The notes: generated by a model not told the origin, from the sequence alone. A stretch of DNA of 64,000 bases from the human T2T-CHM13v2.0 reference genome, Homo sapiens (GCF_009914755.1 NC_060947.1), one strand, 5' to 3'; counted from the stretch's first letter, positions 16,439-29,362 are shown. Program-made: numbers and translations.

Positions 16439-16936
16439 TAGATATAGATAGATGATTGGTAGGTAGATGATAGATAGATAGATAGATAAAAAATTATTAT
16501 AAAGAAATTATTATAAAGAATTGGTTCATCCAACTGGGGAGGCTGAGAAGCCCCCGGATCTGCGTCAGCAAGCTGGAGAGCCAAGAGAGCCGATGGTATA
16601 GTCCCAGTCCAAGTCCAAAGTCCTGAGAACAAGGAAAACCAATTACATAAGTTCTAGAATGAGTCTAAGTCTGAAGGTGGGAGAAGACTGATGTCTCAGG
16701 TCAAATCACTCACAAAGAGAGAATCCCTTCTCACCAAGCCTTTGTTATATACAGACCTTCAATGAATTGGATGAGGCCCACCCAAATTAGAAAGGAAAAA
16801 CAATTTTTCTCAGATTACCAATTCAAATGTTAATCTAATCTAGAAACACCTCACAAACACTCTCAGAATAATATTTTACCAAATACAGTGGCACTTTGTG
16901 TCCAAATAAATTTGAAACATAAAATTAACCATCAAA
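16362..16936 (-). mobile_element. MLT2 (ERV-L) solo LTR, MLT2B-like
   Basis: TGTATTAGTATGGTTTCTCCAGAGA...CATAAAATTAACCATCAAA. 5-bp TSD TCCAG / TGCAG. Confidence 0.85.
16398..16488 (+). repeat. (GATA)n/(GACA)n compound microsatellite inside the MLT2 LTR
   Basis: Direct reading of the sequence. Confidence 0.95.
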
Positions 16937-16949
16937 TGCAGCAATTACT

Positions 16950-17095
16950 AATAATCATTGAGTCCTTATTATGTCTAATTACATTGCTTATATTATTTCA
17001 TTTACTCCTTAAAACACCAAACAAATCAGGTACCATTATGTTCACCATTTTACTGAGGAGGAATCTGAGGTAGTTTAAGACACATGTCTTCACAG
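16950..17095 (-). mobile_element. MIR fragment
   Basis: MIR core-like CCATTTTACTGAGGAGGAATCTGAGG. Confidence 0.55.
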
Positions 17096-17352
17096 TAGTT
17101 CATATCTCTCCAAGTAATTTCAAATCAGAAACAAAATTTAAGTCTTAGCATTTGTATCCCTTTATTTTTAAGGAGCGTCATATACATAATATGTAAATTT
17201 AATGAAGAAGCTCATTTATCTCCTTTATTCACCATTGTATCACTATAGACTAGAGCGTGCTTTTCCTCTATAAACACTCAATATTAGTTTAATGAATTAC
17301 ATTAGACAATTTAGCTCATAGGCCTTGAGTTCAATAAAGAAGATTGGAAATG

Positions 17353-17787
17353 CAGTTGACCCTTGAACACCACAAGTTTGAATTATGTGTGTCTACTCCT
17401 ATGTAGATTTTCTTCTGCCTCTGTGACAATTGAGACAGTAAGACCAACCCCTTTTCTTTCTCTTCCTCCTCAGCCTCCTCAACATGAAGACCACGTGGAT
17501 GAAGACCTATATGATGATACATTTCCACTTAATGAATAGTAAATATATTTTATCTTCCCTATGATTTTCTTAATAACATTTTCTTTTCTCTAGATTAATT
17601 TAGTATAATAATACAATATATAATACATATACAAAATATGTGTTAATTGTTTATGTTATTGGTAAGTCCTCCAGTCAATAGTAGGCTATCAGCAGTTACA
17701 TTTTTGGGAAGTCATAAGTTTTTCATGGATTTTCAACTCTGAAATGTGTCCGTGCCCTTAACCTCTGCATTGTTCGAGGGTCAACTG
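17353..17787. mobile_element. Tigger2a/MER28-type non-autonomous TcMar DNA transposon
   Basis: Terminal inverted repeats CAGTTGACCCTTGAACA / TGTTCGAGGGTCAACTG; 435 bp. Flanked by TG and TA (TA TSD with one change). Confidence 0.9.
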
Positions 17788-17839
17788 TACATATTTTGAA
17801 GGGAGGAGTACAGACGTTACTTGAAGCTCTTTTATTAAA

Positions 17840-18240
17840 ATATTCAACAAATATTTAATCAATCCTTGATCTCTGCCTGTCACTGATTCTGTGGATATAG
17901 CAAATCTAATGATATCTCTGCCTTTAAGTAGCTTACAGCATAGTGGGGAACAGATGGGATGACTTAGGGAATGTGCGTAGTGAAGTAAGAGAAGATAGTT
18001 GATACCTGAATCATTGGGAGACTACCACCAACAATAGATGAAAAAAAATGAAGTGTATTTCACCAAGAAGCAAGGAAGATGAGAGTTACCGAAAGAATAA
18101 CAAAGGCAATATTGTCAAATGCTGCAGAGTTCAAATAAAACCTGAAAAAAAAAAAACAGACTTCACAATTGGTTAACAATCTCTGAGACATCGGTTCCAG
18201 TGGCAACAGGTGAGGCAGATTTCTATGATTCAACATGGTT
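17840..18240 (-). mobile_element. L2 fragments
   Basis: ATTCAACAAATATTTA...AGCTTACAGCATAGTGGGGAACAGA and GTCAAATGCTGCAGAG resemble L2 in antisense. Confidence 0.55.
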
Positions 18241-19784
18241 ACGGTAGTAATCTTCAGCACCCTAATATTGTTTGTGGAGCTCTAAACACCATATTATATC
18301 TTTTAAACAATAAATATTTGTTGCATTATTAAATAAAGGAATTTTGAAGAAGTGTAAATTTGTGAGTGAATGCACAGGCAGTGTCACCTTAACTATCTAG
18401 GTTTATCTTCAGTTACTTTTAGTATGAAATTTATCTTAGAGCTTTTAAATTAAACAGTAATGTGTTTTTCATCTGTATCTTTGCTCATGCTGTCCTAATT
18501 ACCTGAAATAGCCCTATTTCTACTTTTTAATTCAAAGTCTATACCTTTTCCCCCAAATCCAATTTAACATCTTCTTCATTAAAACTTCTTTCATTTTTAT
18601 ATCATAATTATCTCCTCATCTTTAATTTTTCATAGAATACATAAAGCTGTGCTAAACATTTTCACACTTGATCAACTATCTGTTCGTATTTATATTTTTC
18701 TCTCAAAAGATGGATAGCTTCAGCAGAACTGGACGCATTGAAGCACATGGCAATATGTGCTTAATACATACACAAAACTTAATTGACTATATATTTCATG
18801 AACCTTACTTTAACATTGAGGGAAATTGAGAGATGAAGCAAAATTCTTCAAGGAAATTATTGGAAGCCATTTATTTTTTGTCCTTACTTGTACCCTTCCC
18901 CAACTTTCATATGAATGTCTTTTCCCACATTCTATGACTGCTGTTGTAGGAATAAAAAAAAAAGAAAATTAAAACAGTGTTACTGATGGTCTCATTTGAT
19001 AACTATGCCTTGTAGTCGAAATAAAATCGATTTAGTCAGTTATAGAAATGTTGACTTTGTGTTTTGCTAGAAACTGAATGTAGAGTTAAGTGCTGACATC
19101 TTTTGGATTGGGTGGTTTTGCTTATATTGCCATGTGGTTATATAAAGAGTATTGAAGTGAGAATTTGAAATGTTGTGTAGATATAGAAAATAATAGTCAT
19201 TTCTAGATATTTTTCCTTTCTTTATAAAGTTAACCAATTGAGTCTTTTTTCATTATTATCTGTAAACACATCTGGACTTACTAAATTTTCATTATTCAGA
19301 GTTCAACACAAGTCTTAGCAGGATACAAAGGCATGAATATTAAACCATTTCAACAGCCAGTTTTTTAAAGAATCATATTTAGAGCCTTGCTGCATTTCAA
19401 TTTCCCCACATGGCTTCATGAATTAATAACTTTTGGAGGTCATCATGGACTATCTGCTAGCTGTTCTGTATGATGAGATGAGCAGGGAGCAGGTGAATCA
19501 AGCAAGGCGGAGATGGCTTCCTGAATTGAACAGGATATAACATTTGGGTACTTTTATTAGTTTTGTATTCTCTCCCTGCAGCTGAGGGCCATCCACTCTT
19601 TTTTTCACAGTATTTTCAAGTGTATACCCCTTTTTCTTTGTTTCTTCTTTCTTGGTTCTATTTCATGCCTCCCCCTCCCCAAGGAAAAAATGATTAGGGC
19701 TGTGGACATTAATTTATTTTGATCCGTTTATTCCAATCATGAAGCTAGATTTGTGTGTGTGCATGTGTGTGTGTGTGTGTAACT

Positions 19785-19950
19785 TTTATTGAATATTAAA
19801 TATATGCCAAGAATAAGAACAAGTGCCTTCACATGGAGTCTTACGTAATCTTCTCAACAAACCTATTAAGTGACTGCTCTGATTATCTCCACTTTATAAA
19901 TGAGGTTAAGTTGCCTGCCTGTGTCACACAGCTAATAATGGACAGCGCCA
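19785..19950 (-). mobile_element. MIR fragment, preceded by a short (TG)n at 19751-19780
   Basis: TCTTCTCAACAAACCTAT...ATCTCCACTTTATAAATGAGGTTAAGTTGCCTGCCTGTGTCACACAGCTA. Confidence 0.6.
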
Positions 19951-20514
19951 TAATTTTCATCCTCCATTAAGAAATGTTTTTCAAGATTAAAGACAGCTAA
20001 ACTCACACCTGAGTAACACCAAATGCATGCTGTTAAACACTGTGCTATTTTTTGTGTGGCTGTTTGGCTGACTTGAACAATTCATCATCTAAATTTTCTT
20101 ACAGGTGACTCATAAAAATGTGGGACAGAGTAGGCCTATGGCTCACTATTGGCTCCTTTTCTAATTATTGGTAAGTATGCTGGAGCATCAGGATATTAAT
20201 CTGTGTGCCAGTTTATAAACCCGCATTCCTCTTCTTTGGATTCTTACCCACTCTACACAATGTAAGAACATAAGCAGTCTAGCTGACTCCCCAGCATTAG
20301 TAGGGGCTATGGTTCCCTTTAGGATACTTAAATTTAAGAGTTTACATTGGTAGAGATTATGTTTTCCCTGTACAACAGCTCTCTGTAAACTACTAACTTG
20401 TGGCACATAAACAGATTCTGCCTGGAGATCACATTGATGGGGCAGCTCAGAGCTAACTTAAATAATAGCACGTGTCTGTCTACCTGTTAGTGCACAGTCA
20501 TTTTCTATAGTAAA

Positions 20515-20710
20515 ATAAAGAATATTTATTGTTTGTGTGCCATACACTCTGTTAAGTGTCTTGTGTTTATTATTTCATTTAATTTACACAGCTATATGAA
20601 GAGGGAAGTACTTTTATTATTTATATTTTACAGCCGAAAAATGCTAGTAAGTGGGAATTTGAGATTTGACCTAAGATTGATTCCAAAATCGATTTTCTTA
20701 TCTACCATGT
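20515..20710 (-). mobile_element. MIR fragment
   Basis: ATTTCATTTAATTTACACAGCTATATGAAGAGGG...GCTAGTAAGTGGG...GATTCCAAAATC. Confidence 0.55.
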
Positions 20711-20720
20711 CTATTATCTT

Positions 20721-20900
20721 TATTTAAACATAAAGATATTTAAATATATTTAAACATAAAGATATTTAAATATATTTAAACATAAAGATATTTAAATATA
20801 TTATTTAAACATAAAGATATTTAAATATATTATTTAAACATAAAGATATTTAAATATATTATTTAAACATAAAGATATTTAAATATATTATTTAAACATA
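20721..20900 (+). repeat. Perfect AT-rich minisatellite: 2 x 26 bp + 4 x 29 bp + partial unit
   Basis: Unit TATTTAAACATAAAGATATTTAAATA(TAT), starting at 20721, 20747, 20773, 20802, 20831, 20860 and 20889. Confidence 0.97.
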
Positions 20901-20904
20901 GCCA

Positions 20905-21130
20905 TTTTTTTCTTTTTCCACTTTCATTTTAGAATCATAGGGTACATGTGCAGGATTGATACAGAGGAATATTGTCTTTTGCTGAGGTTTAAAGTATGAC
21001 TAAACCCATCACCCTGGTATTGAACACAGTACCCCATAGGTAGATTTCCAGCTTTTTGTCCCCTCCCTCTCCCCACTCTAGTAGACCCCAGTGTTTATTG
21101 TTCCCATCTATATGTCCATGTATACCCAAA
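20905..21130 (-). mobile_element. Short L1 3'-end fragment (L1PA15/16-like)
   Basis: T-rich tail followed by GGTACATGTGCAGG...CCCATCACCC...GTACCCCATAGGTAG...CCCCAGTGTTTATTGTTCCC. Confidence 0.75.
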
Positions 21131-21451
21131 AAAAAAACCATTCTTACTTGATTTTGATATTTGTGCCAAGAGGAGTATATTATTTCTTAGGATAGTGGTT
21201 AGAATGTCAGCTTGTGAGATTGCCAATGCCACTGACATTTCCTTTTAGAAGTTAATGCTACTTCCTTAGATGGAAGGAAAGATAAGGACTGGTCAGTAGC
21301 AATTTTCTCTTAAAACTGTGGCTCCTGAGGTCATCGGATTTTAGTCTTATAAGACTGTGCAATGTTTCTCTTTGCCATTGAATTATTGTTTCTTAACCTG
21401 ATGAATGCCCTCTGCCTTCTTTCCAAAGTCATGGATAATAACTGTCATTGA

Positions 21452-21821
21452 TGTCTTAGTCAGTTCTGGCTGCTGTAATTGAACACCGTAGACTGGGTAG
21501 CTTAAATTATATTTATTTCTCACAGTTCTGGAGTCTGCAAGACTGAGATCAGGGTGCCAGCATGGTCAGGTTCTAAGTGAGGGCTCTCTTTCTGGTTTAA
21601 TAATGGCTGCTGTCTTGCTGTATCTTCACATGGTGGAGAGGGAGAATACTGCTCTCTTTTTTCTCTTACCTGGGCACTTATGACATCATGAGGGCTTCAC
21701 CCTCATCGCATTATTTCAACTTATTCACCTCCTAGAGACTCTTCCTTCAAATACTATTATAGTGAAAGGTAAGCCTTCAACATATGGATTTTGGGGGGAC
21801 ACAAGCATTCAGTCCATAGCC
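21452..21821 (-). mobile_element. MLT1A-type MaLR solo LTR
   Basis: TGTCTTAGTCAGTTCTGGCTGCTGTAA...TTTATTTCTCACAGTTCTGGAG...GGGGGGACACAAGCATTCAGTCCATAGC. Confidence 0.85.
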
Positions 21822-22836
21822 CATGGATTCTTGCAAGTTTCTTGATTCTTCTGTTTAGAGACAGACTATTTAGAGATAGATGATTTAGCTGATCCAAGAG
21901 GAACAGATTGTTTTCCTTTTGTTTCTTCCCTGAATATGGGCTTAATACCTTTTTATAAACTCAACCTATAACCATTGAACAACTATAGACACTATACTAG
22001 GCTCTAGAGATTCAACTACGACCAAAAAGGATATATTTTACCCTACAGATCTGAGTGAAGTGAATGTTACTCTCCTACACTCAAACTATATCCCATCATG
22101 TCAGAATTTCCTAATATCATTCCCTCTGAGAAGCACAAAATTTATATCATTCTTTCCTGTTTTTATTCTATGAGAAAGTTTTGTCCCATGTCAATGACAT
22201 TATTTTTCTAGAACCCAGAACTGTCAGTTACTACTATTTACAGTTTTCTCAATGTCTGGTGGGGCATTTTCTTACAGTTCATTGTGCATCTCTTTTGTTA
22301 TACAATGCCTATATGTATTGGGCATTATGCTAGGTGCTGAGGATTAAAGGAGGTAGATATGACAGTCCTGCAGTTATGCAGATTGTATTATTATTTAGAT
22401 ATCTGTGGGAATATAGTTCATAAAATTCATAAATTATGAATCCTAAATTTCTAGGAAAATCAAAACAACACCCCAATCTTCTGGTACACAGTGATTGAAT
22501 TTGAACTATTTGTGACTAGCTCAGTAAAAGGAAGGTCTCAAAGCACCAGACTGTCAACATGGAAAAGAAAAACAAACATGTACTGCTGTTTACCATCAAA
22601 GCAATGTTCCTTACTAGTTTGACAGTGTTTTGTCTATTCCACACAGAGCCTGTCTACTATGACTTTGACATAATGATATAAAGTTTCCTAGGAATTTCAG
22701 TGGTATAATGAAGACCAGGGATTCCTTCAGCAAATCCTTAGGCAATTAAGTTTATTTATTTTTAGACTTAGTATACTTTTCTGTAAAATAAATATAATAA
22801 TAACTATATTTCAGGGTTATAATAAAAATTAAAGAA

Positions 22837-22990
22837 GCTGGGCATGATGGCTCACACCTGTAATCCCAGCTACTCGGGAGGCTGAGGCAGGAGAGTTGTG
22901 TAAGCCCAGGAGGTTGAGTGCAGTGAGCTGTGATTGTGCCACTGCACACTCCAGCCTTGGCAAAAGAGTGAGATCTCATCTCTAAAATTT
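22837..22990 (+). mobile_element. Free Alu monomer (FRAM/FAM-like)
   Basis: Single arm GCTGGGCATGATGGCTCACACCTGTAATCCCAGCTACTCGGGAGG...GAGATCTCATCTCTAAAA with no left arm. Confidence 0.8.
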
Positions 22991-23809
22991 TGTTTTAAAG
23001 AACTAAATAAGAAAAGATACCTATAGTGCCTAAAAATAGTATGCATTCAATATCTGATAGCTACAATCTATATCATCATCATCTTCACTATCATCATCAT
23101 GCTCATGATCCCACTGAAAATGGACCACATTTTGCTAGTAACCTATACTGGATGGATTCTCTTTCTTTTTATATAGCCATGGCCTTCTGGTAAGTCTCAG
23201 GCTCAGGACTGACTACAAGCAGCACTTGACAAAGCTCCAATAGGAGAATTTTTATTCTTAATATTGATGCAGAAAACAATCAGGATGAAGAGTTTATTGA
23301 TAGTAGAGCTTTAAGGGAAGTGGTAATTTTTCAAAATATTTCAAAAAGTTAAATTATTTCCCTTTTTTCTTGTTAAGTACTATAAGAAAACTCATACCAG
23401 AAAATATTTATTTCTTACCAACACTTACTAAAGTCATTTAGAAGGATATATAAACATTCTAGAAAACTGGCAGGTCATGGAAATATGCAGCACATGCACT
23501 ATCAACTCTCTTTAAGGGTGAGAAGTACAGTTCGGAAATAGGCATTCAAATGTAATCAATATCTGTAGGACCTAATATTTTTTCAGTAAATCAGTGGAAA
23601 TAACCCTTAGTATGACAAATGCAAATCTAATGTATACTCTAAACATGATATTGTTTACTATTACTGGCAGTGTTTACTATTTATCAGCAGTGATACTGTT
23701 TACTATTGTCAGTAGTGACCAATGAAGATAAAAGAAAAATTATCTCAATTTCTTTTGGAATGTGGTAAGCCACATTCCCAATAATAACGACAAGAAATCC
23801 TTAAATAAT

Positions 23810-24050
23810 AATATCTATCTTGTACTGACTGTTTACTATGTGCGTGCTCCTTTGAATCTTAAATATATTATTTAATTCTCACAATGAACCTATATAGTAA
23901 GTATAATTGTCTTGATTTTGCTGATTAAATAAACCATGGCTTAGAAAAAGACTAATAAATTTAGTTACTGATACATTGCTAGTTTGATTGGAATTCAGGA
24001 TTCAATCCCAAGTTCATGAGATACCAATATTTAAGCACTTAAGTACTTCA
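23810..24050 (-). mobile_element. MIR fragment
   Basis: TTTAATTCTCACAATGAACCTATATAGTAAG...GGATTCAATCCCAAG. Confidence 0.6.
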
Positions 24051-24214
24051 CATTACTTCCTTTCTTTCTAAAGTATCCCCAGATTCCTTCCACCTACTGT
24101 ATGTTGCAGCCATATTCTGTCTGCTTCTCTCTTGACTTCATGTCTTTGTATGTACTGTTCTTTTTTTCTAACCCTTCTAAGGAAAAAATATCTATTCATG
24201 GCAGATATTGTATT

Positions 24215-24790
<576 letters not shown>

Positions 24791-26917
24791 TGTATAAAAT
24801 TTTGGTATGTTTATAATAGCTTGCACATGTTAACGGTTTTACTTTTAATGCTATATTATATAGGAACATTTGCATGCATGTTAAGTTTCTTTTTAGGTTC
24901 CAAGTTCCATAAGGTCACACATCTTGTCATTTATCTTTTACATCCTTTCTACAGAGGATTAGCGCAAAGTTTTGCACATGAAAGTGCTTATCAATCACTC
25001 ATATGATGTGGAAAACATTGAAGACAAAATACATAAAACATATGTTGAATTGAATGTCTCATATGGCACACAAAATTGATCTAACATTAAAGAGGTTGCT
25101 CCATGTTTCAAATGCCATTTTAAAAATGGGTTTTGTAGAGTTGTTAAAAGGAGTGCATTAATTAAAAGAGAAATAAACAGTATAATATAGAAGTAACAGC
25201 ACTCAACATTAGGGTTCTTGGACATCAAAAATGTGATTTTAGCTCCAATCCTAATGACATATTATCCCTTAGAGAAGTCATTTGACTTTACTGTCATATA
25301 TTATATTTTAATCCTATAAACAGATAGCATGTTTATAAACATAGAGCTAAGGTATAAACAATCAGACAGAAGTGATGTGACTGACTCATTACACATTGTA
25401 ACAGTTAATTTTAGGTGTTACCTTGGCTGGAATAAGAGACAGACAGATAGCTGGTAAAGTGTTACTTGTGGGGGAGTCTTTGAGGGTGTTTCTGGAAAAG
25501 ACTGGCATTTTCACTCAGTGGACCGAGTAAGAAAGATCTGTTCTCACACAATGTGTGTGGAAACCATCCAATCAGTTGAGGGCCTGGATAGAATAAAAAG
25601 GCAGGGAAAGGCAAAGTGCTTCTCTCTTTCAGAGCTGGAACAACCTTCTTCTTCTGCCCTTGGGAAACAGATCTTCAGGTTCTCTGAGCCATTTACTGAG
25701 TCACCCCAAAATATTGCTTGAGTGAGGACTAGAACAGGAGAAGGCTCTGCAACAGGACAAGGATGTTGTGTATGCTGCTCTGCAAATTGAGCCTAATAAT
25801 CCAGCAGATCCAATGCTATGTGAAATGTCAGTGGTGGATGGGGATACTGTTTGGAGCTTTACACAGGACCTTATAGGTAATTGCAGCACAGGCTATTAGA
25901 ACTGTGGAGCAAGTCCCTGCCACCATCTACAGATAACTACTCTTGAGAGGCAGCTCATGGCATGCTACTGGGCCTTAGAAGAAACTTAATGCTTGACCAT
26001 GAGCCACCAAATTACCAGGCAACCTGAGATGTACGTCATAAACTGGGCAATAGTTGATCCACCAAGCCATAAAGCTGAATACGCACAGAAGCATTCCATC
26101 ATCAAATGAAAGTGGTATACACATGACCAGGCCCAAGCAGGTCCTGAAGGAACCTGTGAGTTACATAAAGAAGTGGCTGAAGTATTCATGGTTCCTACTC
26201 CTGCTACTCTGCCTTCTGTCTCCCAGTCTGCACCTATGGCCCCATGGAGAGCATCCTATGTTCGTTAGACACAGGAAGAGAGACTAGTGCCTGGTTTTCA
26301 GATGGTTCTGCACTATATGCAGGCACCACCTGAAAGTAGACAGCTATAACACCACAGCTGTTTTCTAAGATCTCCCTGAAGTACAATGGTAAAGGAACAT
26401 CTTTTCATTAGGAATAACTTAGAACAATGCACCTGTTTGTAAACTTTGCTTCGAAAAAATGGTCATACATGTGATTATATACCAATTCATGGGTTGTAAC
26501 CATAGATTTGACTGAGTATCAAAGACATTGAAGTGACATGACTGGAAAATTGGTGACAAAAAAATTTTGGGAAGAGATATGTTAATAGACCTCTCTGAAT
26601 GGGCAAAGGATATGAGTATATTTATGCCTCATGTGAATGTTCACCAAAGGGTGACCTTAGCAGAGGAGAAACTTATCAAGTGAAAGAATAATTCATCCTG
26701 TGAATAATGTAAGTCAACTGCCTTCCCTAGCCACCCCTATCATTGTCAAATGAGCTCATTAACAAAATGGTCAACTCTCCACAGCTGCGTGTGCACAGTC
26801 TGCCACTAGTAGAGACCAACATCCAGCCCCCAATATGGAACCATTCTCTGGAGTAATCAGCTAGCTAGTGGCAGGCTAACTACACTGGACTGCTTCCATC
26901 ATGGAAAGGGCAATGTT

Positions 26918-27283
26918 TTGTCCTCACTGGAACAGACACTTATTTTTGGGTATGGATTTGTCTTACCTAAACTCAATGCTTCTGCCAAAACTACTATATG
27001 TGTATGCACAAAATGCCTTATCCACCATCATGGTATTCTACACAATATTGTTTCTGATAAAAGAACTCAATTAGTAGCCAAAGACACACAGCAATTAGCC
27101 CATGCTCATGGAATTTACTGGTGTCACTATGGTTCCCACCATCCTGAAGCAGTCGGCTTGATAGAACTGTGGAACATCTTTCTGAAGATACAGTTACAGT
27201 ACCAGCTAGGTGGCAATATCTTGCAAGGCTGGGATAAGGTACGCCAGAAGGCTGCATATGTTCTGAATCAGCATTCAATATAA
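26918..27283 (+). pseudogene. ERV-L integrase core fragment
   Basis: GYGFVLP...HHGILHNIVSDKRTQL...HHPEAVGLIELWNIFLK matches the ERV-L integrase D,D35E region; degenerate. Confidence 0.85.
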
Positions 27284-27446
27284 GGTACTGTTTGTCCCAT
27301 AGCCAGGATTCACAGAACCAAGAGTCAAGGGATGGAAGCGGGAGTGGCACTACTCACCATTATGCGTAGTGACCTATAAAGTTTTGGTTTTCTATTACCA
27401 CAACTTTATGCTCTGATGTCCTAGAGATTTTAGTTTTATAAGAAGA

Positions 27447-27644
27447 ATGTGTCTACCAAAATATACAGCAATGATTCCACTGAACTGGAAGTTAAGACTG
27501 CCACCTGGTCACTTTGGGCTACTCATTCCTCCAAGGCAACAGGCTAAAAAGGGAGTTATGGTGTTGGCTGGAGTGATTGATTCAGAGAACCAAGGAGAAA
27601 TTGGACTACTACGACACAATGGAGATAATGAAGAATGTGTCTGA
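27447..27644 (+). pseudogene. ERV-L dUTPase fragment
   Basis: IPLNWKLRLPPGHFGLL...GVMVLAGVIDSENQGEIGLL includes dUTPase motif III. Its position downstream of integrase is typical of ERV-L. Confidence 0.88.
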
Positions 27645-29362
27645 AATACAAGATTCTTGAGGGTGTCTTTTAATATTATCATGCCATATGATTAAGATCA
27701 ATGGAAAATTACAACATTTTAATTCAGGCAAGACTATGAATGACCCAGTCCCTTCAGGAATTAAGGCTTGGGTCACCATACCAGGGAAAGAATCATAATT
27801 ATAACCAGATGCGGTGCTTGCTGTAAGCAAAGGGAATACAGACTGGGTAGTAGAAGAAGGTAGTTATAAATAGCAAATATGACCACATGACCAGTTACAG
27901 AAAGGAGGACTGTAATTCCCATGAGTATTTCCTATTTTGTTAAGATTACATTTTTGGGGGCATATATACATATATTAGGCAAATATATTTGTTTTCTCTC
28001 ATTCTTTTATTATGTAACAAGATGTATTGAGTTTATATTAGTATTTAATTATTACTAATGTTATATCATAGTATTTAGTTTATGGGATTTCAGAAGAAGA
28101 GAAAACATCACTGAAGGACTTTATCTCTTCTGAGAAAAGAATGAATGTGTTTTAAGTTCTAAACAAGATAGTTATATCATCTTTTGTGGAGCTATGACCT
28201 TATTATCATCTCTATTTGGAAATTAAATATGGTTAACGGAGATGTGTATGGGTGCCAAGTTGACAAAGGGTGGACTTGTGATGGTTTACTTTAAGCGTAA
28301 ACTTGACTGGATTAAGGGATAATCAGATGCCTGATAAAACAATATTTCTAGGTATGTCTGTGAGGATGTTTTTAGAAGGGATTGACATTTGAATCAGTAA
28401 CCTGAGTAAAGAAGATCCACACTCACTCAATGTGGGCAGGTACCATACAATTGGCTGAAGGCGTGGATAAAACAAAAAGGCAAAGGAAAGAAGAATCCTG
28501 TCTCTTCTGGAGCTGGGACACTCTTCCTCCCCTGGCCTATAGACATTAGACCTTAACCTTTTCCAGCTTTTGGACTCTGGGACTTGCACCAATAATCTCC
28601 CAGGTTTTTGAGCCTTTGGCTTCAAACCGAAAATTTTACATTGACTTCCCTGGTTCTGAAACCTTCAGATATAGACTGAGCCATGCAATTGGCTTCCCCA
28701 AGTTCCCGTTTGTAGATGGCCTATTGTGGGATTTCTCATTATCCATAATCACATGAGCAAATTCCCCTAATAAATCCCCTCCCATCTATCTATCTATATT
28801 TATATATCCTATTGGCTCTGTCTCTGGAGAACCCTGGCTAATAGTCATGTGAATGTTGAAATTATCTGTATAAAAAGAAAAGATACTAAAAATGTTCCAT
28901 GGACAAAAGTCTTAAGGATTTCTCAGCAGCAAATGGAAGACATCTTCATAGAACATAAAATGCTTTTAAAATATTTCAAAATATAAACACTCTTAAATGT
29001 GTATACTCTTTACTTGAAAATGCACTTCCTTTTGAGAAAAACTAGAACTTTTGTCAACTGTTAAAGGTTCTTAGCTTGTAGATTCAGTATTTAAACACTA
29101 GTCTCTATTGTAAGAAAATATGACAGGGATTTGGAGGAGAAAGTTCATAAATAAAATGAAAATAAACTCCTTTTTCTTATTCAAGAGCCTAAAAAAATAG
29201 TAGTGCTTCAGTCTATGCAATTGTCTATCCTCTGCAGACAATTGAAAATAAATCTTAGATACTTCAGGCCACTGTTTCTAACTCACAATAGAAACTGAAA
29301 ATCTAGAATTACATGATTGTTGTTGAACAAATAGTGGAAAGTTGACTGAAAAATAAATTTAA

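Larger units (their letters stand above)
25397..28845 (+). mobile_element. Internally deleted ERV-L provirus with MLT2C/D-type LTRs
   Basis: Partial 5' LTR 25397-~25690 is fused to pol. RNase H, integrase and dUTPase remnants follow, then a PPT-like TTGACAAAGGGTGGACT and a complete 3' LTR at 28277-28845 (TGTGATGGTT...CCCTGGCTAATAGT). Flanks CACAT / CATGT. Confidence 0.9.

Noticed and set aside
20721-20900. CRISPR-like array
   Set aside because: The units are head-to-tail with no unique spacers, in a mammalian context with no cas genes. It is a minisatellite.
26918-27644. Domesticated integrase-dUTPase gene
   Set aside because: Short ORFs bounded by stops and frameshifts in standard ERV-L order, with degenerate motifs and no intact pol.
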